Positions 22,018-31,624 of a DNA stretch of 64,000 nt are shown piece by piece. The notes below the pieces were generated by a model. That model worked only from the letters and a program-made list of their open reading frames with translations. It ran no database searches and had not been told where the DNA came from. How positions within the stretch are numbered: the stretch's first letter is position 1; the number at the start of each line of letters is the position of its first letter. Source of the stretch: Myxococcota bacterium (lineage in GTDB: Bacteria; Myxococcota_A; UBA796; UBA2385); assembly GCA_044344255.1 (NCBI GenBank), contig JBIJDH010000010.1, positions 96,001 to 160,000 on the forward strand, given 5' to 3'. The translations under genes were made by a program, and so were the position numbers.

Positions 22018-23499
22018 CTATCGCCAGAGGCTGAACCAGCGCCGCGTCCAGCCGGACAGGGCGGGGGTCAATCGGCCCCGGCTCCAGGCCGAGGCCAGCT
22101 TGAAGACGAGCTCGGAGCGGGTCGGGTAGGCGTGCACGGTGCGCGCCAGCTCGGCGAGGCCGAGGCCCTGGGTCATCGCGAAGGTGAGCGGGGCCAGGAG
22201 CTCGCCGGCCTGCTCGGAGACGATGAGGGCCCCGCGCAGGCGGCCCCGCCGGTCGACCACCACCCGGCCAAAGCCCTCCGCCTCCCCGTCCGTGCGGCCC
22301 CGGTCGGTCTCACCCACGGTCACGGTAAAGACCTGGAGCCGGGGATCGCGGGCGGCCTCGGCGGCGGAGAGGCCGACGGCGGCGACCTCGGGCTGTGTGT
22401 AGGTGACACGCGGCAGCACGAGGCGGCTCCGGCGGGCCCGCCCGAAGGGGAAGAGGGCGTTGCGGAGCACGAGGCGCGCCTGGTGATCGGCGGCGTGGGT
22501 GGTGGAGCCCGGGCCGAGCACGTCGCCGGCGCCGTAGACGCGGCGGTTGGTGGTGCGGAGGTGGTCGTCGACCCGGAGCCCCGCCGGCCCCGCCTCCACC
22601 CCAGCCCGCGCGAGGTCGAGGTCGAGGTTGGGGGCGCGGCCGACCGCGACCAGCAGGGCGTCCCCGGCGAGGATCCGCCCGCCCGCGAGGTGGAGGTGGC
22701 GCTCCTCGCCCCGCCGCTCGACCCGAGTGACGGTGGCGCCGAGGCAGAGCTCTACGCCGTCCTCGGTGAGGCGCGCGGCGAGCAGGGCGCTGGCGTCGGG
22801 GTCCTCGCGGGAGAGCACCCGATCCTGCGCCTCGATGAGGCTCACCCGGCTCCCGAGCCGCGCGAAGGCCTGGGCCATCTCACAGCCGATGACCCCGCCG
22901 CCCAGCACCAGCAGGCGGGCCGGCCGCTCCCGGAGGGTGAAGAGGGCCTCGTGGCCGAGCGCGCCGGCCTCCGCGAGGCCGGGGATCGGCGGCAGCACCG
23001 ACCGGGCCCCGGTGGCGATGAGGCAGCGGTGGAAGCGGAGCGCCTGCCCCTCGACGGAGACCCGGTCGGGGCCGACGAAGCGCGCGGCGCCGAAGAAGAC
23101 GTCGACGCCGGCCCTCCGGAGGCGCTCGGCCGAGTCATGCGGGGCGAGCTCCGCCCGCACCCTTCGCAGCCGCTCCATCACCGCCGGGAAGTCGACCTCG
23201 ACCGCCGCCGACAGGCCGAGCGGGCCCGCCCGCCGCGCCGCCTCCGCCGCGTGGGCCGAGCGCAGCAGGGCCTTGCTCGGGACGCAGCCGGTCACGAGGC
23301 AGTCGCCGCCCAGCAGGTCGCGCTCGACCAGGGCCACCTTCGCCCCGAGCGCCGCCGCGCCGAAGGCCGCCACGAGGCCGGCCGGGCCCCCGCCCAGCAC
23401 GACGAGGGTATACCGGCCGGCCGGCGACAGGCGGGGCCAGCCCGGGGGGCGGCAGTGGGCGAGGAGGGCCTGGTCGTGCGGATCGTCGGCGAGGATCAA
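22018..23499 (-). CDS. Class I pyridine nucleotide-disulfide oxidoreductase (mercuric-reductase-like family)
   Basis: GGGPAG, GGDCLVTGCVPSK, GGGVIGCE, HAYPT; lacks MerA C-terminal CC. Confidence 0.92.
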   Translation of the reverse strand: MILADDPHDQALLAHCRPPGWPRLSPAGRYTLVVLGGGPAGLVAAFGAAALGAKVALVERDLLGGDCLVTGCVPSKALLRSAHAAEAARRAGPLGLSAAVEVDFPAVMERLRRVRAELAPHDSAERLRRAGVDVFFGAARFVGPDRVSVEGQALRFHRCLIATGARSVLPPIPGLAEAGALGHEALFTLRERPARLLVLGGGVIGCEMAQAFARLGSRVSLIEAQDRVLSREDPDASALLAARLTEDGVELCLGATVTRVERRGEERHLHLAGGRILAGDALLVAVGRAPNLDLDLARAGVEAGPAGLRVDDHLRTTNRRVYGAGDVLGPGSTTHAADHQARLVLRNALFPFGRARRSRLVLPRVTYTQPEVAAVGLSAAEAARDPRLQVFTVTVGETDRGRTDGEAEGFGRVVVDRRGRLRGALIVSEQAGELLAPLTFAMTQGLGLAELARTVHAYPTRSELVFKLASAWSRGRLTPALSGWTRRWFSLWR

Positions 23500-23537
23500 G
23501 GGGGAGCCGCGGTCAGAGGGTCACCACACTGTGCAGG

Positions 23538-24155
23538 TCACCACTTTCGGTGTTTCCAGCAATCGACATGAAAGCGGGTGCCCCCATAGAGGCCGAGGCC
23601 GAGCTTCAAGGCCGGCCCCTCGAGGGTCCACAGCCGCAGCAGGGCCTCGTGCAGGCGGGCCCGGCTCCAGAGGCGCTTCGGCACCACATCGACGGCGTCG
23701 AAGTTCTTGTGACGGCTGCCGGGCGCGCCGCCCGCCCGCTCATTGAAGCGCGGAGTGCGAAAGGCGCTCACCACCACCACCGGCCCCACCTCGGGCACCA
23801 CCCTCTCCCGAAGCAGGCGCAGCGTGGGCGTGATGGCCGGCCAGTCCCCGCGGGGCGGCGCCGCCCAGGCCGGCTCGCCGACCTCCCGCCAGTCTGTCCC
23901 CTGCCGCCAGAGGTGCCAGGGCGGCACCACATCCGCGAGGCCCTGCTCCCCCAGGAAGGCCACGAAGTCTGCATAGTCGCGCTCGGCCCCCGCCTCGTGG
24001 GCCCAGGCCTCGAAGGCCGCCTCGGGCGGCAGGTCGAGCTCGGAGACGCGGGTGCGGTGCAGGCAGCCCGCGAGCAGGACCGAGAGCAGGACCGAGAGCG
24101 GGGGCCGCCCATGACCGAGGGTCGAGCGGGGAGCAGGGAATGGAGCAGCGCCCAT
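23538..24155 (-). CDS. Peptidase M15 (D-Ala-D-Ala carboxypeptidase-type) lipoprotein
   Basis: Lipobox LAGC; SAFR...N...GGA..SRH....AVD, GLGLY, FHVD. Confidence 0.85.
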   Translation of the reverse strand: MGAAPFPAPRSTLGHGRPPLSVLLSVLLAGCLHRTRVSELDLPPEAAFEAWAHEAGAERDYADFVAFLGEQGLADVVPPWHLWRQGTDWREVGEPAWAAPPRGDWPAITPTLRLLRERVVPEVGPVVVVSAFRTPRFNERAGGAPGSRHKNFDAVDVVPKRLWSRARLHEALLRLWTLEGPALKLGLGLYGGTRFHVDCWKHRKW

Positions 24156-24194
24156 CGATGGTATCGTCCCGGTCGCCCAAGGGAGGCCACGCCC

Positions 24195-25172
24195 ATCTCC
24201 TGTACCACCCTGTACCTCTGGCGCCGAGCGCAGGGCGACTGGAGGGTCAGCGTCGAGCGGTACGGAGGGCTGCCCACCGCCTCCCCCGAGGCGGCGCGCG
24301 ACCACCTGCTGCACCCCGCGCGGCGCTGGATCGCCGACGGTGAGGCGGTCGAGGCGGTCGGCCCCCACCACTGTCGGGGCCTGCTGCTCGATGAGCCAGC
24401 GCGGCGCTTCCGGGTCTATCGCTGTCCCGGCGACACGCTCGTGCACCTGCGGGCGGAGGCCCTGCGGCGGCAGCTCTCGACAGCGGCAGCCTGGGCGGGC
24501 TGGGACGCCGACCACGACCGCGGCGGACACGCCTCGCTCGCGGCCCTCGCAGGGCTCTCCCGCTCGCCACCGCCGCCGCTCCGGGCCCTCGAGGCCGCGG
24601 CCCTCGACGCGCTCCGACTGCGGCCCGTCCACGGCCCCGGGGCCCTCGACCGCGCGGCCTGGCGCCTCCAGTACCCCGACGCCGAGCGGTGGGAGGGCGG
24701 CGGGTGGCAGGCGAGCGCGGCCTTGAGCCTCGTCCACCCCGACGGGCGCTCCGAGACGCACGCGCTCTCCGCGGACGCGCCCTGGGCCTGCCTCCTCGCC
24801 GGTCCGTCCCTGCTCTCCGCCCTCGACCCTCGCGAGGCCTGCGACCCTCCCTTCGAGCACGCCCTCCACTGGGGGGCCCTCTTCGACCTGCAGGCGCGCG
24901 CCCTCCGCTGGTGGAGCGCCGACCCCACGCCAATAGGTTGGGCCGCCGCGATGGCGGAGGCCTGGCCCGGCTGGGCGATCTCCCCCGAGGCCGACCTCTA
25001 TCCGGGGCAGCTCGCCGCCGCGGGCGTCGATCCTGGCCCCCTCCGCATTGACCGAGCGCCCGCCGGTGACGCGCTCCGCGCCTGCCTCAGCCCGGAGGAG
25101 TGGGCCCTCCTCGACCGCGACCGCCTCTGTCCGGCCCCGGGTCGGCGCGCCCTGTCCGTCCACTTCGCCTGA
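24195..25172 (+). CDS. Hypothetical protein with internal duplication (start codon uncertain)
   Basis: Two related G.L.D...R.....W.GW modules; GGGAGG RBS precedes an in-frame ATC. Confidence 0.55.
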   Translation: MSCTTLYLWRRAQGDWRVSVERYGGLPTASPEAARDHLLHPARRWIADGEAVEAVGPHHCRGLLLDEPARRFRVYRCPGDTLVHLRAEALRRQLSTAAAWAGWDADHDRGGHASLAALAGLSRSPPPPLRALEAAALDALRLRPVHGPGALDRAAWRLQYPDAERWEGGGWQASAALSLVHPDGRSETHALSADAPWACLLAGPSLLSALDPREACDPPFEHALHWGALFDLQARALRWWSADPTPIGWAAAMAEAWPGWAISPEADLYPGQLAAAGVDPGPLRIDRAPAGDALRACLSPEEWALLDRDRLCPAPGRRALSVHFA

Positions 25173-25235
25173 GGGCCACCCCGGCCGGCGCCGGCGACCG
25201 GGTTAGTCCGCGCCCCCTCCACCGCGGGAGCGCCG

Positions 25236-26183
25236 ATGGCCGAGCCCTGGGAAGCGACCTTCACCCTCGACCTCGCCGAGCTCGGCCGCCTCATCGCGGC
25301 CGACCGCCCGGGCATGGGCCCCGGCCTGCGTGTCGTCGGCGAGGGCTTCGACAACCTCGCGGTCCTCGATGAAGGCGGCCTCCTCTGGCGTATCCCCCGC
25401 CGCGAGCCAGCCGTGCCGCTCCTCGAGGACGAGCTCCGCTGGGCCCCCGCCTTCACCGCACCCCTCCCCGTCGCGACGAGCGCGCCGCTGCGGGTGATCC
25501 GCCTGCCCGGACCGCCCCACCTCCTGGTCGCGTGCCGCTTCTTCGACGGTCTGTCGGCCGACACGCTCGTCCTGTCCGCGAGCGCCGGCGACCCCGCCGC
25601 CGAGGCTACGCTCGCGGGGCTCGCCCCCGCCCTCGGCCGGGCCCTCGGCCGCCTCCACGCCGCCCCCGCCCCCGAGGGCTGCCCCCTCGACCGCTTCCGC
25701 CGCTCCGACCTCCCCTATCGCCGCGATTTGCTGACCCTGGCCATCCGCGAGCTCGACCGAGCCGGGGGCCTCCCACAGGCCGACGCCCTCTGCGCGTGCC
25801 TCTCCACCCTCGCCGAGGCGTCCCCCTGGGCAGACGGCCCGCGCACCGTGCACGGTGACCTCCACCCCCGCCACGTCCTCCTCGACCGCGCGGGCCAGCT
25901 CCAGGCCCTCATCGACTGGGGAGACCTCCACGGCGGCGACCCCGCGCAGGACCTCTCTCTCCTCTGGACGATGCTCCCCCCGAGCGCGCGAGGCCCCCTC
26001 CTCGCGGCCTACGCCACCGTCCGGGGCGCGCCAATCGTCCTCGAACCGCTCCTCGACCGAGCCCGCTTCCGGGCGCTCCTCTACGGCGTGCTGCTGGAGC
26101 GCTTCGCCAGGGCCACCGGCGACCGCGCGATGGGGGCGGTGGCCGCGCGGACCCGCCGGGCGGTGCTGAGTGACGCGGGCTGA
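25236..26183 (+). CDS. Aminoglycoside phosphotransferase (APH)-family kinase
   Basis: GEGFDN, RIPRR, HGDLH, IDWGD, GDPA.DL. Confidence 0.92.
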   Translation: MAEPWEATFTLDLAELGRLIAADRPGMGPGLRVVGEGFDNLAVLDEGGLLWRIPRREPAVPLLEDELRWAPAFTAPLPVATSAPLRVIRLPGPPHLLVACRFFDGLSADTLVLSASAGDPAAEATLAGLAPALGRALGRLHAAPAPEGCPLDRFRRSDLPYRRDLLTLAIRELDRAGGLPQADALCACLSTLAEASPWADGPRTVHGDLHPRHVLLDRAGQLQALIDWGDLHGGDPAQDLSLLWTMLPPSARGPLLAAYATVRGAPIVLEPLLDRARFRALLYGVLLERFARATGDRAMGAVAARTRRAVLSDAG

Positions 26184-26323
26184 GCGGGCGACGGTCCCCG
26201 CTGGGCCCCGCCCCGCCTCCGGCTCCCCGCCTTTGACTCCCCGCCGCTCTCCCACCATCTGGTAGGCTGCTCAAAGCCAACTCCAACCCCACTCGCTCCC
26301 CTTCATCCCGCAGAGCTCCCGGA

Positions 26324-26671
26324 ATGAACTCGCGCCGACCTGCCCGACTCTCGTCGATCCTCCTCTCGCTGGTCATGGGCACCTGCGGCGGCTGCAAGGG
26401 GGACGAAGGGCCAGACTGCGTCGTCCATGTGAGCGGCTACGTGGTCGATAACGGCCTGCTCCAACCCGAGGCCACCGTGACGGCCGTGGACGCCGACGGC
26501 GAGGAGCAGGTCGCGATCGCCGACGACTGGGGAGAGTACGCCCTGGAGCTCCCCTACGGCGACTACACGCTCAAGGCGAGCGCGTCCTGCCGCGACGGCG
26601 AGGTTGATCTCGAGCTCGACGACTGCGACGACCGGGTGCAGGATATTCCTGTCCGTTCAAACTGCAATTGA
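26324..26671 (+). CDS. Small secreted/lipoprotein with carboxypeptidase-regulatory-like domain
   Basis: Signal with Cys; VSG.V.D....ATV...D..GEY.LELP.GDYTL. Confidence 0.7.
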   Translation: MNSRRPARLSSILLSLVMGTCGGCKGDEGPDCVVHVSGYVVDNGLLQPEATVTAVDADGEEQVAIADDWGEYALELPYGDYTLKASASCRDGEVDLELDDCDDRVQDIPVRSNCN

Positions 26672-26777
26672 CACCCGCCCAAGCGGCTGACCCACTCCGA
26701 CCGGGAGGATAGAGCCCACCTCCCGAGTGAGACGCGGCGCGCGCACCGCGCGAGGCGACCGGTGATACGCTCCCCCC

Positions 26778-27236
26778 ATGACCCCGCTCTTCCAAAAGCT
26801 CAACCTGAAACAACAGTCCGCGGTCGTCGTGCTGGGCGCGCCGGCGGCCTTCGAGGCGGCCCTGACCGAGCTCGCGGCCGCAGCGCCGGTGGTGATCCAC
26901 CGCGCGCCCGTGGCCGGCACGGACTTCGCCCTCGGCTTCGCCGTGACGCAGGCGCAGCTCGACAACCTGTCGGCGCAGCTCGTGTCGACAGACGCGCCCG
27001 ACCCGGTCCTGTGGGTGGCCTACCCCAAGGGCTCGTCGAAGGCCTACCGCTGCGAATTCAACCGCGACACGGGCTGGCAGGCGCTGGGCGCGGCGGGCTT
27101 TGAGCCCGTCCGCCAGGTCTCCATCGACGCCGACTGGTCGGCCCTGCGCTTCCGACGTGTCGCCCGCATCGCATCGCTCACCCGACGCCCGGCGATGACG
27201 CTCTCCGAGGAGGGCAAGCGCCGCACGGGCGGCTGA
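26778..27236 (+). CDS. Conserved hypothetical protein (DUF3052-like)
   Basis: WVAYPK.SSK, NRD.GW, VRQVSID.DWSALRFR. Confidence 0.8.
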   Translation: MTPLFQKLNLKQQSAVVVLGAPAAFEAALTELAAAAPVVIHRAPVAGTDFALGFAVTQAQLDNLSAQLVSTDAPDPVLWVAYPKGSSKAYRCEFNRDTGWQALGAAGFEPVRQVSIDADWSALRFRRVARIASLTRRPAMTLSEEGKRRTGG

Positions 27237-27265
27237 GCGGGCGGGCGCGAGGATATGACGACAGG

Positions 27266-27580
27266 ATGCCTCGTCGGATCCTCACCACGCTCCTCGTCGC
27301 CTACGCGCTCGCGGCCGGCGCCGCGGGGTGGGCCTCGGGGAGCATCCTGTGGGGCCTCGTGCTCGTCCCCCTCGCGATGGCGGTCGGCCCTGCGATGGGG
27401 CTCACCTTCCCGTTCCCGCTCGGGACGAAGCTCGCGTACCTGGGCGGGCTCCTGCTCGTCGTCGTGGTCGGCCTCGTCGGGCTGCGCTGGCGCGCACGCC
27501 CGGTGGGGGGAGCGGCCATCGTCACCGCCGTCGTCCTATGGGCGGTCTTGGGCCTCTTCGGCCTCGGGACAGGGACCTAA
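27266..27580 (+). CDS. Small membrane protein
   Basis: 104 aa, 3-4 hydrophobic segments. Confidence 0.6.
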   Translation: MPRRILTTLLVAYALAAGAAGWASGSILWGLVLVPLAMAVGPAMGLTFPFPLGTKLAYLGGLLLVVVVGLVGLRWRARPVGGAAIVTAVVLWAVLGLFGLGTGT

Positions 27581-28037
27581 GCGCACCGCCGATCGCCATC
27601 CGCCGAGGGAGCGCGGGTGCGCATGGGCGCTCCGCCGGTGAGGTGACCGTTCCGCGCCAGGGCACTCGGGTGAACGCCGGGGCACTCCCGAGGAGACTTG
27701 TCGTCGTACGCAGGGTTCACCGCGCGGCGGGCCTTGAGCCCCTCCGCCAGGCCTGCATCGCCGCCGATGGGTCCGCACCGCCGCGGCCGTGCGCACGCCT
27801 CTGTTTAAAACTGTTCCTCCGCCTGTGTGCCGGCGTCGACGACTCGCCAGGGAGACGGGGCCGCTGGACCTCCGTCCGCGGGCCCTCGCCGGGCGCCCGC
27901 GCGAATCGCATAGCTTCTCCCTATGCAATGTCACACCCTGTCGAGGAAGGGGGGCTCGGCACGAGCCTTGCAGAGGTGGGCGACGCGTCGCGAGCCCCGC
28001 TCGGCGGCGCGCCCCCTCCCACCCTGGATATCTCATC

Positions 28038-28835
28038 ATGCGCACGTCGATGCTCACCGTCCTCGTCCTCCTGTCCGCCGCCTGCACGCCCACGAAGGGA
28101 AGCGAGGGCGTTGAAGACACGGGCGCACCTTTGGACCCCGCAGACACTGGGGCGGCCGAAGAGGGAGGCGCCGAGTGGACCGTGACCGAGCAGGGCAACA
28201 GCATCGCCGATGTCCTCGGGGAGGAGCTCCGGAGCGACCACGACATCCGCCTCCGAGACGTCCAGCTCGACTGCACAGACGACGTTTGGAGCTTCGCGAT
28301 TGACACCAACGGCAGCAACGAGGAGAAGCCGGCCGATGGGGTGATCGTGTTTGCGTGGGACCTCGCGACGAATGACTTCAGCGGCGGCTGGTACGGCGAA
28401 GAGGTCGGGCAGGACCTCTGGTCGGCTCAGGTGGCAGGGGTCACCGATTGTGATGACCCTGGGTCTGTCAGCTTTATCGTTGTGCCCACCTACCTCGGCG
28501 CGATCGGCTCGCCAGAGGGCGTCGGTGCCCTTGGGCGAGTGAGCGGGTACTCCCTCTCCTCCACCGGGAGCCTCCCCGACGAGGTCATGTACCAGGTGGA
28601 GGTCCAAACCTCCGCCACCGCGGCTTCGTCGGGCACCTGGCTCCAGAGCCCCATTCTCGGCGCCGACAGCGCGAAGACCGCATTTCTCACGCCCGCCTGG
28701 GGATCGGGCAGCGTGGACACGGTATGGTCGGCGGAGGTCCCCTACGAGGGATACGCCAACGACGCGGACCTGAATCCTGTCCTGGGCGTCCTGCTGCTCA
28801 AGGACGGCAGGGCGGTCGGCACCGTCACGTTCTGA
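28038..28835 (+). CDS. Hypothetical lipoprotein
   Basis: Signal with LSAAC lipobox, DTG linker, acidic beta-rich body. Confidence 0.7.
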   Translation: MRTSMLTVLVLLSAACTPTKGSEGVEDTGAPLDPADTGAAEEGGAEWTVTEQGNSIADVLGEELRSDHDIRLRDVQLDCTDDVWSFAIDTNGSNEEKPADGVIVFAWDLATNDFSGGWYGEEVGQDLWSAQVAGVTDCDDPGSVSFIVVPTYLGAIGSPEGVGALGRVSGYSLSSTGSLPDEVMYQVEVQTSATAASSGTWLQSPILGADSAKTAFLTPAWGSGSVDTVWSAEVPYEGYANDADLNPVLGVLLLKDGRAVGTVTF

Positions 28836-29000
28836 CCGGCCGCCGAGCTCGCCCCCTCCGAACCGTGGCCCGAGACCAGACCCTGCGGCTCCTCGACGGC
28901 AGGCGATGCCGCGCCACAGCCTATCCGCCAGGGCTTCCTCCCGGCCGAGGCGGGGAAGGGCTGACGGGGCGGAAGACCGGCCTGCGCGCCCCTCCCGATG

Positions 29001-30077
29001 TCACCGGGGACGTCTGGCTCCCTCGGCGGCCGACCCCAGGGCGCCTGACCCCTCGGCGGGCTCATGCGGCTCCACCCAGCCGGCGAAGGTCGCCACGAGG
29101 ACCCCCGCTACCTTGGTGGTGAAGCCAAGGTCAAGGGTGTCGAGGCGATCGGTGCTCTGGTGGTAATGCGCCAGCTCCTCGTCGCTCGTGCTGATGTTGT
29201 GGGCCTCCACACAGTCCATCGGGGCCAGAGAGGGCATCCCCGCCTCCTGGTAATTCGAGTGGTCGTCGCCGTAACAGTGTCGGTGATTGACCCAGTCCTT
29301 GTGGCTCACGCCGAGGGTATCCGCCACGCCGGCCATCTCCTCCACGAGGTGCTCGCTGTCTTCATCGCCGAGGATGTCGAAGGCGTCAGCCTCTCCGAGG
29401 GGCCAGTAGCCGATCATGTCGGGCGCGATGACCGCCTCGGCCACCAGCCCCTCATCGGCCATCTGCTCGACCAGCACGGCCGAGCCCAGGCTCCCCTGCT
29501 CCTCGGCCCCCGTAAAGACGATCCACCAGCTCGAGGCCGTGGGCAGCGGGCCCAGCAGGCGCCCGATCTCCAGGCCCACCGCGACGGCGCTCGCGTTGTC
29601 ATCGGCCCCGGGTGCCAAAGTCTCGGCCTGCTCCGAGGTGGAGTCGTAGTGGGCCGAGTAGAGGAAGAGCTCATCGGGCCGCTCCAACCCCGCCCTGCGG
29701 GCGATGATGTTGATCGCGGCGCCTCCCCCCGCGCCCATGAACGGCGCCTCCTCCACCTCGAAGCCGAGCGCGCGGAGCCGGTCGGCGAGGAAGACGGCGG
29801 CCTCGGCGTTGCCGGGGGTGCCGGTGTACCGCGTGCCGAAGCCCTCGAGCGTCTCGATGTCGGCGCGGAGGGCCTCCTCAGAGACCATGGGCGCGAGGGA
29901 GAGCGGGTCGACCGCGAGGCCGAGCCCGCCCACCTCCTCTCCGCCTGCGCCGGAGTCCGCCGCTCCCTCCCCCCCGGTCTCCGAGAGGCCAGACGGGCTG
30001 GACGCCTTGGAGGGGGCGCCTCCACACGCGACGAGGTGGGACAGGAGGAGGGAGGCGAGGAGGGGGCGGCGGCTCAT
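29001..30077 (-). CDS. M28 family aminopeptidase lipoprotein
   Basis: Lipobox LVAC; SAHYDS, GADDNAS, AEEQG.LGS, DMIG, YH..TD. Confidence 0.93.
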   Translation of the reverse strand: MSRRPLLASLLLSHLVACGGAPSKASSPSGLSETGGEGAADSGAGGEEVGGLGLAVDPLSLAPMVSEEALRADIETLEGFGTRYTGTPGNAEAAVFLADRLRALGFEVEEAPFMGAGGGAAINIIARRAGLERPDELFLYSAHYDSTSEQAETLAPGADDNASAVAVGLEIGRLLGPLPTASSWWIVFTGAEEQGSLGSAVLVEQMADEGLVAEAVIAPDMIGYWPLGEADAFDILGDEDSEHLVEEMAGVADTLGVSHKDWVNHRHCYGDDHSNYQEAGMPSLAPMDCVEAHNISTSDEELAHYHQSTDRLDTLDLGFTTKVAGVLVATFAGWVEPHEPAEGSGALGSAAEGARRPR

Positions 30078-30197
30078 AAGAGGAGCTTAGCAGGAAGGGT
30101 GCGCGGCGGTGGCGGACCGTGCCTCTATACGCCCAAGAGCGATATTCCGAGCATATTCTTCCCCCCGCGGGACGGTGGGAGGGAGGGAGACACCGCG

Positions 30198-31616
30198 TCA
30201 CACCAACCCGTCCAGGTCGATGTACCGCTCCGCCACCTCCGCGAGCGCCGCGAACGTAGCGGCCTCGGTCGCCTCGACGGGAACCCCTTCGTCGAGCCCC
30301 CGACGCGCGCGCAGCACCCCGACGAGGGCCGCGCGGACCTCCGCGCCGTCGAGCGCCCCGTGAACGTAAGTGCCGGCGACCAGGCCCACGATCGCGCCCT
30401 CCGGATCGTCCAACGCCAGGAATGGCGCCCCGCCCTCCACTCGCGTGCGCCCCTCGTGGATCTCGTAGCCCTCCACCGGCAGCCCCGCCGGGAGCAGCCA
30501 GCCGCCCGTCGTGACGCCGCGCACCGGCCGCACCCGCTTCTCCGAGGCGTACACCGTCGTGACCGGCAGCAACGAGAGCCCCGCCTCCGCGCCAAGGTGC
30601 GCGCCGAGCATCTGGTAGCCGCCGCAGAGCCCGAGCACGGGGATACCACGAGCGGCCGCGGCCACCACCACGCGGTCGAGCCCGCGGGCGCGCATCCACC
30701 GGAGATCGGCCACCGTGTCGCGACTGCCCGGGAGCACGAGGAGGTCGGGGTTGCCCACCGCACCTGCGTCCTGGACGTACCGCACCCCCACCCCTGCCGT
30801 GCGCGCCAGCGCGTCGAGGTCGGTCGTGTTGGCGACGGTGGGGAGTCGAAGCACACACACGTCGAGCGTCCCCACGTGGGAGCGTAGGGTGGCGGCGTCT
30901 TCTTCTTCGACGAGGAGGTCTCCCCGGTGGGGCACGACGCCGCGGACGCGCACCCCGGCGAGGGCCTCGAAGGGCGCGAGGCCGGGCCGCAGGGAGTCGG
31001 GATCTCCACGGAAGCGGTTCACGACGAGCCCGGCGACCCGCGCGCGGTCCTCCGGCGCCAGGAGCATCAGCGTGCCATAGAGGCTGGCGAAGACCCCGCC
31101 GAGGTCGATGTCACCCACCAGCAACACGGAGGCGTCCGCGTGGCGCGCCATCTCCATGTTGGCCATGTCGCCGCGCAGGTTGATCTCTGCGGGTGACCCC
31201 GCTCCCTCGATCACCACGATGTCCGCGGTGTGCGCGAGGCGCGCGTAGGCGGCGGTGACCTCCCCCCAGAGCTCGGCGCGGGCGGCCTGATAGGCGTCCG
31301 CGCGCATGGGGCCGCGCGAGCGCCCACACACCACCACGTCGGCGCCGGAGAGCCCCATCGGCTTGAGCAGGAGCGGGTTCATGTCGACCGTCGGCGCCCG
31401 GCCGGCCGCCCGGGCCTGCACCGCCTGCGCGCGCCCGATCTCGCCCCAGCCGTGCGGCCCCAGCGCGGGCGCCGCGTTGTTGCTCATGTTCCACGCCTTG
31501 AACGGCGCGACGGCCATGCCCCGACGCGCGAGCGCGGCGCAGAGGGCGGTCGCGACCCAGGACTTGCCGACGCCGCTGGCGGTGCCTTGGATCATGATCG
31601 CGGGGGGCAGGTGCAT
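30198..31616 (-). CDS. cobQ: Cobyric acid synthase
   Basis: MIQGT.S.VGKS, PFKA.NMSNN, MNPLLLKP, EGAGSPAEINL, GLCGGYQML, GTYVHG. Confidence 0.95.
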   Translation of the reverse strand: MHLPPAIMIQGTASGVGKSWVATALCAALARRGMAVAPFKAWNMSNNAAPALGPHGWGEIGRAQAVQARAAGRAPTVDMNPLLLKPMGLSGADVVVCGRSRGPMRADAYQAARAELWGEVTAAYARLAHTADIVVIEGAGSPAEINLRGDMANMEMARHADASVLLVGDIDLGGVFASLYGTLMLLAPEDRARVAGLVVNRFRGDPDSLRPGLAPFEALAGVRVRGVVPHRGDLLVEEEDAATLRSHVGTLDVCVLRLPTVANTTDLDALARTAGVGVRYVQDAGAVGNPDLLVLPGSRDTVADLRWMRARGLDRVVVAAAARGIPVLGLCGGYQMLGAHLGAEAGLSLLPVTTVYASEKRVRPVRGVTTGGWLLPAGLPVEGYEIHEGRTRVEGGAPFLALDDPEGAIVGLVAGTYVHGALDGAEVRAALVGVLRARRGLDEGVPVEATEAATFAALAEVAERYIDLDGLV

Positions 31617-31624
31617 GGCGGCGG

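Noticed and set aside
22018..23499. True mercuric reductase MerA
   Set aside because: No C-terminal Cys pair, no NmerA domain, no mer genes nearby
27581..28037. Long intergenic region as possible ncRNA or pseudogene
   Set aside because: No recognisable RNA motif or protein signature
24195..28835. Integron cassette array (run of small co-oriented genes)
   Set aside because: No attC-like RYYYAAC...GTTRRRY structures or integrase recognised
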